Assembly (NCBI GenBank): GCA_025351455.1
Contig: JANXVW010000137.1
Coordinates: forward strand, 1-62,959
Reading direction: 5' to 3'
DNA from: Betaproteobacteria bacterium
GTDB taxonomy: Bacteria > Pseudomonadota > Gammaproteobacteria > Burkholderiales > JACQAP01
Length of the DNA: 62,959 nt
Shown piece by piece: positions 16,585-28,818 of this stretch; within the stretch, counting starts at the first letter, position 1, and every line of letters starts with the position of its first letter. The notes beneath the pieces were generated by a model. It was given only the letters and a program-made list of their open reading frames with translations. It was not told the origin of the DNA and did no database searches. The position numbers and the translations under genes were made by a program.

Positions 16585-17517
16585 TCAACGATCGAGCACC
16601 AGTGCCTTGAAGCCGAGTTCCTTTTGCACGCGTTGCGCGGCACGGTTCGCTTCCTCGCGGCTGGGATAGGGACCGGCATGGACCCGGTAGAGTCCGCCTT
16701 TCTTGTAGACATTCATAGAATCGGCCAGCCAGCCGAGATCCATGCGCATCTTGTGCAGGAAAGCATCGGCATTGCCGGGCGCCGAGAATGCGCCAAGCTG
16801 GATGAAGATTCCGCCAGGCTCCGCGCTGACGGCGGCCGTCGTGGCCGGCGCAGCTGCCACTGGCGCCGCGACTGCTACTGGCGCAGGAACCGACGCGGGT
16901 TCAGGCGCTGCATTCGCCGTCACCGGAGCCGGCGCATCTTCGCCGGGGATGATCGCTTCGACGTCGACCAGGCCACTGCCGCGCCCGAGCAGGCCCAGGC
17001 GCTGCGCGGCCGCGTAGGAGAGGTCGATCAGCCGGTCTTCGTGAAACGGCCCGCGATCGTTCACGCGAACGATAACCGATTTGCCCGTGGTGACATTCGT
17101 CACGCGCGCGTAGCTCGGCAGAGGCAGCAGCGTGTGCGCCGCGCTCATCGCGTACATGTCGTATATCTCGCCGGAGGAGGTTTTCTGCCCGTGATAGCGC
17201 TTGCCGTACCAGCTTGCCACGCCGCGCGCCTTGTAGGGCGTGAGCCTGGTATACGGCGTATAGGCGTGGCCGAGTACCGCATACGGCCGGCTGGTGAATT
17301 TGTTGATCGGTTCGATTTGCGGCGTCGGTTCGGGAATCGAACCCAGGTTCACCGGCGGATTGGCGCCAGGGCCATCGTCGAGATAATAGCCGCCGGGCTT
17401 TCCCGCCGACGCGGGGCGTGTCGGCGCGCTGCCGCAACCGGCGAGCGCGATGGCAACTAGCGTCGCCGCCGCGAGGACCCGGGGCGCGGGACTCAGGACT
17501 AAGTAGATGTTGCCCAT
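16585..17517 (-). CDS. rlpA: Septal ring lytic transglycosylase RlpA with C-terminal SPOR domain
   Basis: Lipoprotein signal ...IALAGC, DPBB domain GVASWYGKRYHGQKTSSGEIYDMYAMSAAHTLLPLPSYARVTNV..GKSVIVRVNDRGPF, and a C-terminal SPOR domain (IFIQLGAFS...YRVHAGPY). I preferred the start at 17517 (MGNIY...); 17562 is also possible. Confidence 0.85.
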   Translation of the reverse strand: MGNIYLVLSPAPRVLAAATLVAIALAGCGSAPTRPASAGKPGGYYLDDGPGANPPVNLGSIPEPTPQIEPINKFTSRPYAVLGHAYTPYTRLTPYKARGVASWYGKRYHGQKTSSGEIYDMYAMSAAHTLLPLPSYARVTNVTTGKSVIVRVNDRGPFHEDRLIDLSYAAAQRLGLLGRGSGLVDVEAIIPGEDAPAPVTANAAPEPASVPAPVAVAAPVAAAPATTAAVSAEPGGIFIQLGAFSAPGNADAFLHKMRMDLGWLADSMNVYKKGGLYRVHAGPYPSREEANRAAQRVQKELGFKALVLDR

Positions 17518-17626
17518 CGATACATATCGCTGAAAATTATCATTCGAGAATGGCTGCGCCACGGGATTTGCTATTCGCTTTTCACTGAGTCCTAAGCCCT
17601 ACGTCCTACGTTCTGAGTCCTACGTC
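17489..17626. repeat. Heptamer-array inverted element (GGACTCA/GAGTCCT family)
   Basis: Left arm GGACTCA GGACTAA GTAG at 17489-17506. Right arm GAGTCCT AAGCCCT ACGTCCT ACGTTCT GAGTCCT ACGTC at 17587-17626. The arms overlap the rlpA signal-peptide codons and the last codons of rodA. Confidence 0.8.
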
Positions 17627-18714
17627 TGAACCAGACGTCGATGCGTGTGAATGCTCATCAGCAACCCGATGCCGAAAAGGATCGTCACCAGCGAAGTGCC
17701 GCCGTAGCTGATCAGCGGCAAAGGCACGCCGACCACCGGCAGAATGCCGCTCACCATGCCCATGTTGACGAACGCATAGGTGAAGAAAGTCAGCGTGATC
17801 GCGCCGGCGAGCAGACGCGTAAACAAGGTCGGCGCATTAGCGGCGATGACCAGGCCGCGCCCGATGACGAGCAGGAACAGCACCATCAGCACCATGTTGC
17901 CGACCATGCCGAATTCCTCGGAGTACACCGCGAAAATGAAGTCGGTGGTGCGCTCGGGCAGAAAGTCGAGGTGCGCCTGGGTGCCGTTCAACCATCCTTT
18001 GCCGAAAAATCCGCCCGAGCCGAGCGCGATCGTCGACTGGATCGTGTGATAGCCCGCCCCGAGCGGATCCTGCGACGGATCGAGCAGGGTCAGCACGCGC
18101 TGGCGCTGGTAATCGTGCAGCATGGACCACAGGAAAGGCAGGCTGGCGCCGCCGAGCATGCCAACGCCAACCAGGATCTTCCAGGACAGTCCGGCGAGGA
18201 ACAGCACATAAAAACCGGCGGCGGTGACCAGCAGCGCGGTGCCCAGATCGGGCTGCCGCGCGATCAGCAGCACAGGCACGATGACGAGTACCGCGCCGAA
18301 GACGAAATTGCGCGGTTTCAGGATCGCTTCATAGCGGTCGAAATACCAGGCCAGCAGCAGCGGCACGGCGATTTTCATGAGCTCCGAGGGCTGGATGCGC
18401 GTGAAGCCGAGATTAAGCCAGCGGCGCGCGCCGTTGACCACTTCTCCCGCAACCGCAACGCCGACCAGCAGGACCAATCCCACGATGTAGAGTGGCAGCG
18501 CGATTCGCGACAGGTAATGCAGCGGGACGTTGGCCGCAATCCACATGACGGTCAGCGCCGCGCAGATATTGATGATCTGTCCGGTCACGCGCTCGACGCT
18601 CTCCCCCGACGCGCTGAACAGGGTGATCAGGCCCATGATCAGCAAGGCCGCGACCAGTCCCATCAAATAACGGTCAATGTGTTTGACGAGGTAGACGAGC
18701 AGCCGGTTAATCAT
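17620..18714 (-). CDS. rodA: Rod shape-determining SEDS glycosyltransferase RodA
   Basis: 364 aa, polytopic, with ...GARRWLNLGFTRIQPSELMK... and ...LPERTTDFIFAVYSEEFG.... It lies downstream of mrdA. Confidence 0.9.
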   Translation of the reverse strand: MINRLLVYLVKHIDRYLMGLVAALLIMGLITLFSASGESVERVTGQIINICAALTVMWIAANVPLHYLSRIALPLYIVGLVLLVGVAVAGEVVNGARRWLNLGFTRIQPSELMKIAVPLLLAWYFDRYEAILKPRNFVFGAVLVIVPVLLIARQPDLGTALLVTAAGFYVLFLAGLSWKILVGVGMLGGASLPFLWSMLHDYQRQRVLTLLDPSQDPLGAGYHTIQSTIALGSGGFFGKGWLNGTQAHLDFLPERTTDFIFAVYSEEFGMVGNMVLMVLFLLVIGRGLVIAANAPTLFTRLLAGAITLTFFTYAFVNMGMVSGILPVVGVPLPLISYGGTSLVTILFGIGLLMSIHTHRRLVQT

Positions 18715-20611
18715 TCTCCTCTTCCTCCTTTACCGGCGGCACCGGCTTGGGCGGCGGCGGCTCCTTGCCGAGCAGATAATAATCCAGCACCTGGCGTGCT
18801 ATCGGCGCCGCCGTCGTGCCGCCGTGGCCGCCATTCTCCACCAGGATTGCCAGCGCGATCTTCGGATCGTCGGCCGGCGCGTAGGCGATGAACAAGGCAT
18901 GATCGCGGTGGCGTTCGTTGATGTTCTTCTCGTCGTACTTCTGGCCCTTCATGCCGATGACCTGCGCCGTTCCGGTCTTGCCGGCAAACAGGTACTTCGC
19001 ATTCATGCCGGCCCACGCCGCGGTGCCACCGGGACGGGTGACGTCGATCATGGCGTCGCGCACATGCTTGACGTTTTCCTTTGACAGCGGAATTTCCGCG
19101 CGTGGCTGCGGCTCGATGACGGTAATGGCGTCCGTCTGGCTGTCCTGGATCTGCTTGACCACGTGCGGCCGGAACACGCGGCCGTCGTTGGCGAGAATCG
19201 CCGTGGCAAAGGCAAGTTGCAGCGGCGTAGTGAGCATGTAGCCCTGCCCGACGCCGATCGAAATGGTGTCGCCCACGAACCACTTCTGCTGGAAGCGTCG
19301 CTGCTTCCATTCCTGCGAAGGCAGCAGGCCGGCGACTTCGCCTTCGATGTCGATGACGGCTTTCTGGCCGAATCCAAACTGGCCGATGAACTGGTGGATG
19401 GCGTCGATGCCCAGATCCTGCGCCAGTCCGTAGAAATAGGTATCGCAGGACTGCACGATGGCCCGGTGCAGGTCCACCATGCCATGGCCTCCGGCTTTCC
19501 AGTCGCGGTAAACGTGGCCGCCGCCGCCGCTCAGGACAAAGTAACCCGGATCGCTGATGGTGAAGCCGGGCTTGCGTTTGCCCAGTTCGAGCCCGGCCAG
19601 TGCCATGAAAGGCTTGAACGTCGATCCCGGCGGATACATGCCCTGCAATGCGCGGTTGTTCAGCGGATGGTCGGGTGAGTTGTTCAGTGCATCCCAGTTC
19701 TGCGGATCGATGCCTTCGACGAAAAGGTTCGGATCGAAGCCGGGCCTGGATACCAGTGCCAGGACGCCACCGGTGGAGGGTTCGATGGCGACCAGCGAAC
19801 CGCGATGCTCGCCGAATGCCTGCTCGGCGACATGCTGCAGTTTTGCATCGAGCGCCAGCGTGAGGTTATTGCCCGACACCGGGAGAATGCTGCGCAGGGT
19901 ACGCACGGATTTTCCGTTGGCATCGGTTTCCACGTGCTCGTAACCGGTGACCCCGCGCAATTCCCTTTCGTAGCGCTGCTCGAGCCCCACCTTGCCGATG
20001 TAGTCGGATGCGCTGTAGTTAGCGTTCGTGCCCAGGTTGCGCAGGTCGTCGACGTCCTTGTCGCTGATGCGGCCGATGTAGCCGACGACATGCGAGGCAA
20101 TCTCGCCGCTCGGATAGTGGCGAAACAGGCGGGCGTTGATTTCCACCCCGGGAAAGCGGTAGTTGTTCACCGCGAAGCGCGCGACTTCCTCGTCGTTCAG
20201 GCGCGTGCGGATCGGGATGCTGGCGAAATCGTGGCCTTCCTCCAGAAGCTTCTGGAAACGCTTGCGGTCCTTCGGCGTAATCTCCACCAGGGTGGACAAG
20301 TCGGTGATGGTCCGTTCGAGGTCGCCGACCAGCGATGGCGTGATTTCCAGGGTATACGCCGCGAAGTTGTGCGCGAGCACGACCCCGTTGCGGTCAAGTA
20401 TCAGCCCGCGGTTGGGGACCACCGGCACGATGAAAATGCGATTCTGCTCCGCGAGCGTGTGATAGTACTCGTGCTGAATGACCTGGACGTAGAAGAAACG
20501 CACCAGCAGGATGAAGAACGCGAACAGTACGGCGCCGCCCACTATCGCCAGCCGCAACTGGAAGTAGTACAGCTCGCGCTGGTGATCGCGTAACTCGACG
20601 GTGCGGCTCAT
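18707..20611 (-). CDS. mrdA: Penicillin-binding protein 2 (elongasome transpeptidase)
   Basis: 634 aa, with STFKP (SxxK), SGG-type and KTGTA motifs. Its 3' end overlaps the rodA start by 8 nt. Confidence 0.92.
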   Translation of the reverse strand: MSRTVELRDHQRELYYFQLRLAIVGGAVLFAFFILLVRFFYVQVIQHEYYHTLAEQNRIFIVPVVPNRGLILDRNGVVLAHNFAAYTLEITPSLVGDLERTITDLSTLVEITPKDRKRFQKLLEEGHDFASIPIRTRLNDEEVARFAVNNYRFPGVEINARLFRHYPSGEIASHVVGYIGRISDKDVDDLRNLGTNANYSASDYIGKVGLEQRYERELRGVTGYEHVETDANGKSVRTLRSILPVSGNNLTLALDAKLQHVAEQAFGEHRGSLVAIEPSTGGVLALVSRPGFDPNLFVEGIDPQNWDALNNSPDHPLNNRALQGMYPPGSTFKPFMALAGLELGKRKPGFTISDPGYFVLSGGGGHVYRDWKAGGHGMVDLHRAIVQSCDTYFYGLAQDLGIDAIHQFIGQFGFGQKAVIDIEGEVAGLLPSQEWKQRRFQQKWFVGDTISIGVGQGYMLTTPLQLAFATAILANDGRVFRPHVVKQIQDSQTDAITVIEPQPRAEIPLSKENVKHVRDAMIDVTRPGGTAAWAGMNAKYLFAGKTGTAQVIGMKGQKYDEKNINERHRDHALFIAYAPADDPKIALAILVENGGHGGTTAAPIARQVLDYYLLGKEPPPPKPVPPVKEEEEND

Positions 20612-20651
20612 CTCCGCACGGCGGGCAGGACCGGCATGGTTGGGCGGCGGC

Positions 20652-21188
20652 TCACGCCTCGTCCGGATCGATCCGCTGGCGAAGGGGCATCTTCAGCAGC
20701 AGGTCGGTCGCCGGCCACAGCAGCGCGCCGGTGATGCTGGTCAGGAAATATCCCCACCCGGGGAATTCCCCGCCGGCCGCATGGCGCACGCCGAGCACGA
20801 TCAATTGCATCATCAACAGGATCGGAAGCACGTGCAGGATCTGGTGGCGCATGTCGAACATCGACACGCGCCGGTGCAGGAAGATCGCGGCGTACATCAT
20901 CACCGAATAGGCGAGTGCGTGCTGGCCCAGCAGGCTGCCGTCTGCTACGTCCATCGCCAGCCCCAGCAGGAAGGCCGGCAGAAAGCCGACTTTGCGCGGC
21001 TGATAGATGCCCCAGTAGAGCAGCACGAGCGCGACGAAGTCGGGGCGCAGTGCCAACACCCAGCCGGTCACCGGCAGGAGATTGATCATCATCGCCACGA
21101 ACAGCGTGATCGCAATATAGAGGGGCCTGACCGGCAGCAGGATTTCTTCGCTGCCTGTGAGCCTGCCGAATATCGGCGCGCGCATCAT
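20652..21188 (-). CDS. mreD: Rod shape-determining protein MreD
   Basis: 178-aa hydrophobic protein between mreC and mrdA; its start overlaps the mreC stop by 4 nt. Confidence 0.85.
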   Translation of the reverse strand: MMRAPIFGRLTGSEEILLPVRPLYIAITLFVAMMINLLPVTGWVLALRPDFVALVLLYWGIYQPRKVGFLPAFLLGLAMDVADGSLLGQHALAYSVMMYAAIFLHRRVSMFDMRHQILHVLPILLMMQLIVLGVRHAAGGEFPGWGYFLTSITGALLWPATDLLLKMPLRQRIDPDEA

Positions 21189-22087
21189 CCGCCTTTCCTC
21201 GGTTTTTTCGCCTTCCCCTTCTTGGCCTCGAGCGGGACCGGATAGTCGGGCAGCGGTGCCAGCCTGGACATCACCAGTACCTGACGGTTGCGGTTGGGGC
21301 CCGCGGAAGGCGTGCAGGTGATTTTGGCGAACGGGTAGGCGGCATTGCGCTCGATGTTTGACACGACCGCGACCGGCAGGCCGGGCGGATAGACGCCGTC
21401 AATGCCGGACGTCACCAGCACGTCGCCGTTCTCGATGTCGGCATTGACTGGCATGAAGCGCAGGTCGAGCGCGCCGTCGTAACCGATGCCGAACACGACG
21501 GCACGCAATCCGTTTCGCACGACCTGCGCCGGAACCACCTGCTCTCGATCGCTGATCAGTGCCACCTCGGCTGTCCACGGAAACGTCCGCGTAACCTGCC
21601 CGATGAGCCCGGTATCGTCGATCACCGCGGCGCCTTCCTCGATGCCCTGCGAGGACCCCCGGTCGATGATGACTTTGCGGCTGAAGGCATCGCGCCCGAC
21701 GTAGAGGATTTCCGCCACCGTCGAGGTCTGCTCCATGCGCTCCTGCATTTCCAGCAGTTGCCGCAAGTGCTGGTTCTCGGCGATCAGCGCCTGCTGCGAT
21801 TGCAACTGCCCGGCATGCAGGAAATTCTCATGCGACAGGCGGTCATTCTCGCGCTGCAGGTAGGACTGCGAGACGAAGAAACTGCCGATGCGCGACGCGG
21901 CCTGGCCAGGGGTATCGGCCAGTTCCTGGAAGGGATACAGGACGACTGCGATAGCCTTGCGTATCGCCTCCATGTAGTGGAAGCGGGCGTCGGCATAAAG
22001 CAGGATCAGGGATAGGATGGCGAAAAACCCGAGGCGGGCGAGGAGACTTGGGCCCCGTCTGAAGAATGGTGGCGGCGTGTATTCCAT
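21185..22087 (-). CDS. mreC: Rod shape-determining protein MreC
   Basis: 300 aa: an N-terminal TM segment, a coiled-coil (LQSQQALIAENQHLRQLLE), and beta-barrel repeats (GLIGQV..., DVLVTSGIDGVYPPGLPV). Confidence 0.9.
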   Translation of the reverse strand: MEYTPPPFFRRGPSLLARLGFFAILSLILLYADARFHYMEAIRKAIAVVLYPFQELADTPGQAASRIGSFFVSQSYLQRENDRLSHENFLHAGQLQSQQALIAENQHLRQLLEMQERMEQTSTVAEILYVGRDAFSRKVIIDRGSSQGIEEGAAVIDDTGLIGQVTRTFPWTAEVALISDREQVVPAQVVRNGLRAVVFGIGYDGALDLRFMPVNADIENGDVLVTSGIDGVYPPGLPVAVVSNIERNAAYPFAKITCTPSAGPNRNRQVLVMSRLAPLPDYPVPLEAKKGKAKKPRKGG

Positions 22088-22110
22088 TCAGGGATGGAGC
22101 GAAAACCGCA

Positions 22111-22227
22111 AGGAGCGAGGGGGGAGGGGCAAGGGGTAACCCTTAATGCGAAGCCAGGTGAGGCGTCGCTGGCTATCGGTCGTTCCTCCGGTCACCCCTT
22201 ACTCCTCACTCCTGACCCCTCACTTCA
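22111..22227. repeat. Heptamer-array inverted element (AGGGGNA / CACCCCT family)
   Basis: Left arm 22111-22141: AGGAGCG AGGGGGG AGGGGCA AGGGGTA ACCC. Right arm 22193-22227: CACCCCT TACTCCT CACTCCT GACCCCT CACTTCA. It lies between mreB and mreC. Confidence 0.8.
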
Positions 22228-22229
22228 AC

Positions 22230-23731
<1,502 letters not shown>

Positions 23732-23740
23732 GGGCGCCGG

Positions 23741-25198
23741 ATGTTCGAGAAATCAGTGGCCGACCTGGGCCGCGCCCTGGCTGCAAAGCAGGTTTCGGCA
23801 GTCGAACTGGCGAAGCTCTACCTCGAGCGCATCGAACGCCACAAGCAATTGAACGCCTTCCTGGACGTGCGCCCGGACGTCACGCTCGCGCAGGCGCGCG
23901 ATGCCGATGCCCGCATTGCCCGTGGCGACGCCACGCCGCTGACCGGCGTCCCGGTCGCGCACAAGGACATTTTCGTGACACGCGATTTCGCCTCCACTGC
24001 CTCGTCGCGCATGCTCAAAGGCTATATGAGCCCGTTCGACGCGACGGTCGTGGAGAAACTCGGGCTTGCCGGCATGGTCACGCTGGGCAAGCTCAATTGC
24101 GACGAATTCGCCATGGGCTCCTCCAACGAAAACAGCTACTACGGCAATGTGCTCAACCCGTGGGACAAAACCGCCGTCCCCGGCGGGAGTTCCGGCGGGT
24201 CGGCGGCAGCCGTCGCCGCGCGCATCGCCCCGGCCGCCACCGCCACCGATACCGGGGGGTCGATCCGCGAGCCCGCGGCATTTTCCGGCATCACGGGCAT
24301 CAAGCCTACCTATGGACGGGCGTCGCGGTGGGGCATGATCGCCTTCGCTTCCAGCCTGGACCAGGCCGGCATCATGACCGCCTCGGCGGAGGATGCGGCG
24401 CTGATCTTCAACGGCATGCTCGGCTTCGATCCGAAGGATTCAACCAGCGTTGATCGTGCCGGCGAGGACTACACGCGCAGCCTGAACCACAGCGTGAAGG
24501 GATTGCGCATCGGCGTGCCGAAGGAATTTTTCGGCGAAGGCCTGCAGCCGGACGTCGAGAAGGCGGTGCGCGAGGCATTGGCCGAGTACGTGAGGCAGGG
24601 CGCCGTGCTGGTGGACATTTCGCTGCCGAACGCGGCGCTTGGCATTCCGGTTTATTACGTCATTGCGCCGGCCGAGTGTTCCTCCAACCTGAGCCGCTTC
24701 GATGGCGTGCGCTACGGCCACCGCGCCGCGCACTACGGCGACCTGGACGACATGATCAAGAAATCGCGCGCCGAAGGCTTCGGGCCGGAACCGCGACGCC
24801 GCATCCTGATCGGCGCGTACGTGCTGTCGCACGGCTACTACGATGCCTACTATATCCAGGCGCAGAAAGTGCGTCGAATCATCGCCGATGAATTCCAGCA
24901 GGCCTTCCGCCAGTGCGACATCATCGCCGGCCCGGTGACCACGAGCGTCGCCTTCGGTTTTGGCGAGAAGGCGGCAGATCCGGTAGCCATGTATCTCTCG
25001 GACCTCTACACGATTCCCGGCAGCCTGGCCGGCATTCCCGGCATGAGCATTCCCTGCGGCTTCGGCGCAAAAAACCGTCCGGTCGGGCTGCAGCTCATGT
25101 CGAATTATTTCGAGGAAGCAAAGTTGCTCGGCGTCGCGCACCAGTACCAACAGGCAACGGACTGGCACATGCGGCTGCCGCCGGGAGCAAAATCGTGA
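23741..25198 (+). CDS. gatA: Asp/Glu-tRNA(Asn/Gln) amidotransferase subunit A
   Basis: Amidase signature [13 protein letters not shown]...[11 protein letters not shown]; 485 aa. Confidence 0.95.
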   Translation: MFEKSVADLGRALAAKQVSAVELAKLYLERIERHKQLNAFLDVRPDVTLAQARDADARIARGDATPLTGVPVAHKDIFVTRDFASTASSRMLKGYMSPFDATVVEKLGLAGMVTLGKLNCDEFAMGSSNENSYYGNVLNPWDKTAVPGGSSGGSAAAVAARIAPAATATDTGGSIREPAAFSGITGIKPTYGRASRWGMIAFASSLDQAGIMTASAEDAALIFNGMLGFDPKDSTSVDRAGEDYTRSLNHSVKGLRIGVPKEFFGEGLQPDVEKAVREALAEYVRQGAVLVDISLPNAALGIPVYYVIAPAECSSNLSRFDGVRYGHRAAHYGDLDDMIKKSRAEGFGPEPRRRILIGAYVLSHGYYDAYYIQAQKVRRIIADEFQQAFRQCDIIAGPVTTSVAFGFGEKAADPVAMYLSDLYTIPGSLAGIPGMSIPCGFGAKNRPVGLQLMSNYFEEAKLLGVAHQYQQATDWHMRLPPGAKS

Positions 25199-25210
25199 GG
25201 AAGAAATGCG

Positions 25211-25314
25211 TAAGGGGTCAGGAGTGAGGCGCGCCTATGTCTTGCCGGTTAAAGGCCGTTCTGCCTGCTTTACCCTCACCGCTCACCGCTCACCCCTCAC
25301 CCCTCACTCCTCGC
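25211..25314. repeat. Heptamer-array inverted element (GAGGGGT / CACCCCT family) between gatA and gatB
   Basis: Left arm TAAGGGG TCAGGAG TGAGGCG at 25211-25231. Right arm TACCCT CACCGCT CACCGCT CACCCCT CACCCCT CACTCCT CGCC at 25271-25314. GGGGTCAGGAGTGAGG is the exact reverse complement of 22205-22220. Confidence 0.85.
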
Positions 25315-25328
25315 CAAAGCGATAGCTT

Positions 25329-26762
25329 ATGAACTGGGAAGTCGTCATCGGGCTGGAAACGCACGCGCAGCTATCGACGCAGTCGAAGATCTTTTCGGGC
25401 GCTTCGACCGCATTCGGCGCCGCGCCGAACACGCAAGCCAGCGTCATCGATGTCGCGTTACCCGGCTCGCTGCCCGTGTTGAACAAGGGGGCGGTGGAAC
25501 GCGCGATCCGCTTCGGGTTGGCCATCGGCGCGACCATCAACCGCCGTTCGATCTTCGCGCGCAAGAATTATTTCTATCCGGACCTTCCCAAGGGCTACCA
25601 GATCAGCCAGTTCGAGATTCCCGTCGTGCAGGGCGGCAAAATCGCCATCGTGTCGCCGACACGCGGCGAAATCGCAATACAACTCACGCGCGCGCACCTG
25701 GAAGAAGATGCGGGCAAGTCCTTGCACGAAGATTTTCACGGCATGAGCGGCATCGACCTGAACCGGGCCGGCACGCCGCTGCTGGAAATCGTGTCGGAAC
25801 CTGAAATGAGTTCGGCCGACGAGGCGGTCGCCTATGCGAAGGCGTTGCATTCACTGGTGCGCTGGATCGACATCTGCGACGGCAACATGCAGGAAGGGTC
25901 GTTTCGCTGCGACGCCAATGTGTCCGTGCGCCGGCCCGGCGCCCCGCTCGGCACGCGCCGCGAGATCAAGAACCTGAACTCGTTCCGCTTCCTGCAGCAA
26001 GCCATCGAATACGAGATCAAATGGCAGATCGAGACCCTGGAAGACGGTGGCAAGATCCAGCAGGCCACCGTGCTGTTCGATCCGGATTCAGGGCAGACGC
26101 GCGTCATGCGCCTGAAGGAAGATGCGCACGACTATCGCTATTTTCCTGACCCTGATCTGTTGCCGCTGGAACTTTCTGACGAGTGGCTGGAAGAAGTGCA
26201 GGCCCACATGCCCTTACTTCAGGAAGAGGTAAGCGGCAAGTTCATGAACGAATATGATTTAACGCCATATCAGGCTCGAACCCTGACATCTTCCCGCGAA
26301 CTCGCCGAATATTTTGAAAGTGCAGCGCGTGATTCCGATAGTAAGGTGGCTCAGCTATGCGCGAACTGGATCAGTGGAAATTTGAGCGCGCAACTGAATG
26401 AAGAAGATCTGGACATTTCGCAAAGCCGAATTAGCGCGGTTCAGTTGCGGGGTTTAGCGGAGCGCATCGCTGACGGCACCATCTCGGGCAAGATGGCCAA
26501 GGAAGTCTTCGATGTCATGTGGGCCGGCGAAGGCAGCGCCGACGAAATCATCGAGCGCAAGGGACTGAAACAGATTTCCGACGCCGGCGCGATCGGCAAA
26601 ATAGTTGACACAGTGATCGCCGCCAACGCCCAGCAGGTCGCCGACTACAAGGCCGGAAAAGAGAAGGCCTTCAATTCCCTGGTCGGTCAGGTCATGAAGG
26701 CCAGTCAGGGCAAGGCGAACCCGGGCCAGGTCAACGAAATACTGAAAAAGAAGCTCGGCTGA
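25329..26762 (+). CDS. gatB: Asp/Glu-tRNA(Asn/Gln) amidotransferase subunit B
   Basis: [23 protein letters not shown]...[15 protein letters not shown]...; 477 aa. Confidence 0.95.
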   Translation: MNWEVVIGLETHAQLSTQSKIFSGASTAFGAAPNTQASVIDVALPGSLPVLNKGAVERAIRFGLAIGATINRRSIFARKNYFYPDLPKGYQISQFEIPVVQGGKIAIVSPTRGEIAIQLTRAHLEEDAGKSLHEDFHGMSGIDLNRAGTPLLEIVSEPEMSSADEAVAYAKALHSLVRWIDICDGNMQEGSFRCDANVSVRRPGAPLGTRREIKNLNSFRFLQQAIEYEIKWQIETLEDGGKIQQATVLFDPDSGQTRVMRLKEDAHDYRYFPDPDLLPLELSDEWLEEVQAHMPLLQEEVSGKFMNEYDLTPYQARTLTSSRELAEYFESAARDSDSKVAQLCANWISGNLSAQLNEEDLDISQSRISAVQLRGLAERIADGTISGKMAKEVFDVMWAGEGSADEIIERKGLKQISDAGAIGKIVDTVIAANAQQVADYKAGKEKAFNSLVGQVMKASQGKANPGQVNEILKKKLG

Positions 26763-26765
26763 GCG

Positions 26766-27374
26766 TTACTTGCTCGCCTGAGGGGCGGCGCCCTTTAATT
26801 CGCGGAAGCGCTGCTTTTCCGCCTCATATTTGGCGCGGATCGCTTCCGACTGGGCCTTGCGCTGCACGAGGTCGGCCTCCAGCGCGGCAATATTCTTCTG
26901 GGCCGCGGCGACATCGTCCAGCAGGCGCGTCGGCAGGGGCTTTTTCTGTGTCGCCAGGGTGTCGGCCTGCTTCTTGAACTCGGTCAGCTGCTGGTTGATC
27001 TTCTCGAGTTTCGCCTCACTGTTCTTTGTCCCCTGCGCGGGAATGGCCAGGCTGCGGTCGCGTGCCGCATCGATTTCTTCCTCGCTGGTATAGGTCGCCA
27101 TCAACGCGCGGTCGCGGCGTTCCTGTTCCTTTGCAGTCTTGGACGGCTCCGCCGGATCGCCTTTAGCCGGCACCCCGGGCTTGGTGACTTCCTTCTTCTT
27201 CATCTCCACGCCCTGCTTGTTGAGTTCCTTGCCCTGGCCGCAATCCGGGTTCAGCTTGTCGGAGTAGTACGCCTTTCCGGCGGCATCGACGCACTTGTAC
27301 ATGCGGTTCTGGGCCTGGGCAGGAAGGCACAGCGCAGCGGCGATCAGGCAGGCGAGAACGATCAGGGGCCTCAT
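26766..27374 (-). CDS. DUF4124 domain-containing periplasmic protein
   Basis: A signal peptide, then [15 protein letters not shown] (DUF4124 hallmark), then a Lys/Glu-rich coiled-coil. Confidence 0.7.
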   Translation of the reverse strand: MRPLIVLACLIAAALCLPAQAQNRMYKCVDAAGKAYYSDKLNPDCGQGKELNKQGVEMKKKEVTKPGVPAKGDPAEPSKTAKEQERRDRALMATYTSEEEIDAARDRSLAIPAQGTKNSEAKLEKINQQLTEFKKQADTLATQKKPLPTRLLDDVAAAQKNIAALEADLVQRKAQSEAIRAKYEAEKQRFRELKGAAPQASK

Positions 27375-28015
27375 GCATTTACTCCATATTCCTTGCGGTA
27401 TCGCTCTACCAAGCGCAACTGCTGTGCCATGTCTGCGCGTGCGCGCAGAAAGGCCACCAGATCATCCAGCGTGGCAATGCTGATGACCGGAATACCGAAA
27501 TGGCTGCGGACTTCCTGTACCGCGGACAGGGCGCCGGTTCCGCGCTCCATGCGATCCAGGGCGATCAATACCCCGGCGGGCCGAGCGCCGGCGGTCAGGA
27601 TGATCTGCACCGACTCACGCACCGACGTGCCGGCGGATATGACATCGTCAACGATCAGGACCCGCCCCTTGAGCGGCGCACCGACAGTCATCCCGCCTTC
27701 CCCGTGGTCCTTGGCTTCCTTGCGATTGAAGCAGAACGGCAGATTCCGCCCAAAGTCGGCGAGCGCGACCGCCGTCGCCGCCACCAGCGGAATGCCTTTA
27801 TAGGCCGGGCCGAACAGCAGGTCGAAGCCGGGATCCGCTGCCAGAATGGCTTTCGCGTAGAATTGCGCGAGCTGCCGCAACGTATTGCCGTCGTTGAACA
27901 GGCCGGCGTTGAAGAAGTACGGCGACAGGCGCCCTGCCTTGGTTTTGAATTCACCGAAGCATAAAACGCCGCTGGCCAGGGCGAATTCGATGAACTCCTG
28001 CCTGAAATCACTCAT
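27371..28015 (-). CDS. pyrE: Orotate phosphoribosyltransferase
   Basis: [33 protein letters not shown]... and the PRPP loop [13 protein letters not shown]. Confidence 0.92.
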   Translation of the reverse strand: MSDFRQEFIEFALASGVLCFGEFKTKAGRLSPYFFNAGLFNDGNTLRQLAQFYAKAILAADPGFDLLFGPAYKGIPLVAATAVALADFGRNLPFCFNRKEAKDHGEGGMTVGAPLKGRVLIVDDVISAGTSVRESVQIILTAGARPAGVLIALDRMERGTGALSAVQEVRSHFGIPVISIATLDDLVAFLRARADMAQQLRLVERYRKEYGVNA

Positions 28016-28023
28016 TACTTATC

Positions 28024-28797
28024 GTGCGCATCGTCACCCTCAATCTAAACGGCATACGTTCGGCGGTCAATAAAGGCTTCCTCGGCTGGCTGGCCCAACA
28101 AGACGCGGACGTCGTCTGCGTGCAGGAACTCAAGGCCCAGGACAAGGACCTCACCGACGCAATCCGCAATCCAGACGGCTTCCACGGCTATTTCCACTGC
28201 GCCGACCGGCCCGGCTACAGCGGCGTGGGCATCTACTGCCGGAAAAACCCCGACAGCGTGATTTCCGGCATCGGCATCCCCGACATCGATGCCGAAGGCC
28301 GCTATCTCGAAGCCCGGTTCGGCAACCTGAGCATCGTATCGCTCTATGTCCCTTCGGGCTCGAGTTCTGCGGAAAGGCTGGCAATCAAGTTCAGCTTCAT
28401 GGAGCGCTGCATCGATCCGTTCCACAAGCTCGGCAGCAGCGGCCGCGAAATCATCATCTGTGGCGACTGGAATGTCGCGCACAAGGAGATCGACCTCAAG
28501 AACTGGCGCTCGAACCAGAAGAACTCCGGCTTCCTTCCCCAGGAACGCCAGTGGTTTTCCGGGATGATCGACCACCTCGGTTACGTGGACGTGTTCCGCA
28601 CGCTCGACGATCGCGCCGAGCAATATACCTGGTGGTCGAATCGCGGCCAGGCCTGGGCAAAAAACGTGGGCTGGCGCATCGACTACCAGATCGCCACGCC
28701 GGGGATCGCGGCTAAGGCGACCGCAGTGGCGATTTACAAAACCGCACGCTTTTCCGACCACGCTCCGCTTAGCATCGACTACGACTACGCTCTTTGA
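28024..28797 (+). CDS. xthA: Exodeoxyribonuclease III
   Basis: MRIVTLNLNGIRSA...DVVCVQELK...GDWNVAH..IDL...SDHAPL. Confidence 0.92.
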   Translation: MRIVTLNLNGIRSAVNKGFLGWLAQQDADVVCVQELKAQDKDLTDAIRNPDGFHGYFHCADRPGYSGVGIYCRKNPDSVISGIGIPDIDAEGRYLEARFGNLSIVSLYVPSGSSSAERLAIKFSFMERCIDPFHKLGSSGREIIICGDWNVAHKEIDLKNWRSNQKNSGFLPQERQWFSGMIDHLGYVDVFRTLDDRAEQYTWWSNRGQAWAKNVGWRIDYQIATPGIAAKATAVAIYKTARFSDHAPLSIDYDYAL

Positions 28798-28818
28798 TCG
28801 TCTCACGCGCAATTCAAT

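Noticed and set aside
15769-17460. 563-aa plus-strand ORF. The same applies to 17641-18891, 22146-23312, 30975-32048, 35805-37115, 38597-39667, 43312-44595, 48433-49425, 54071-55207 and 58812-59906.
   Set aside because: All are antisense shadows of strongly supported genes (pfkB/rlpA, rodA, mreB, metX, FecR/prk, uvrD, polA, the TonB-dependent receptor, matB, atpD). Their composition is Arg/Gly/His-rich and they have no domain signatures.
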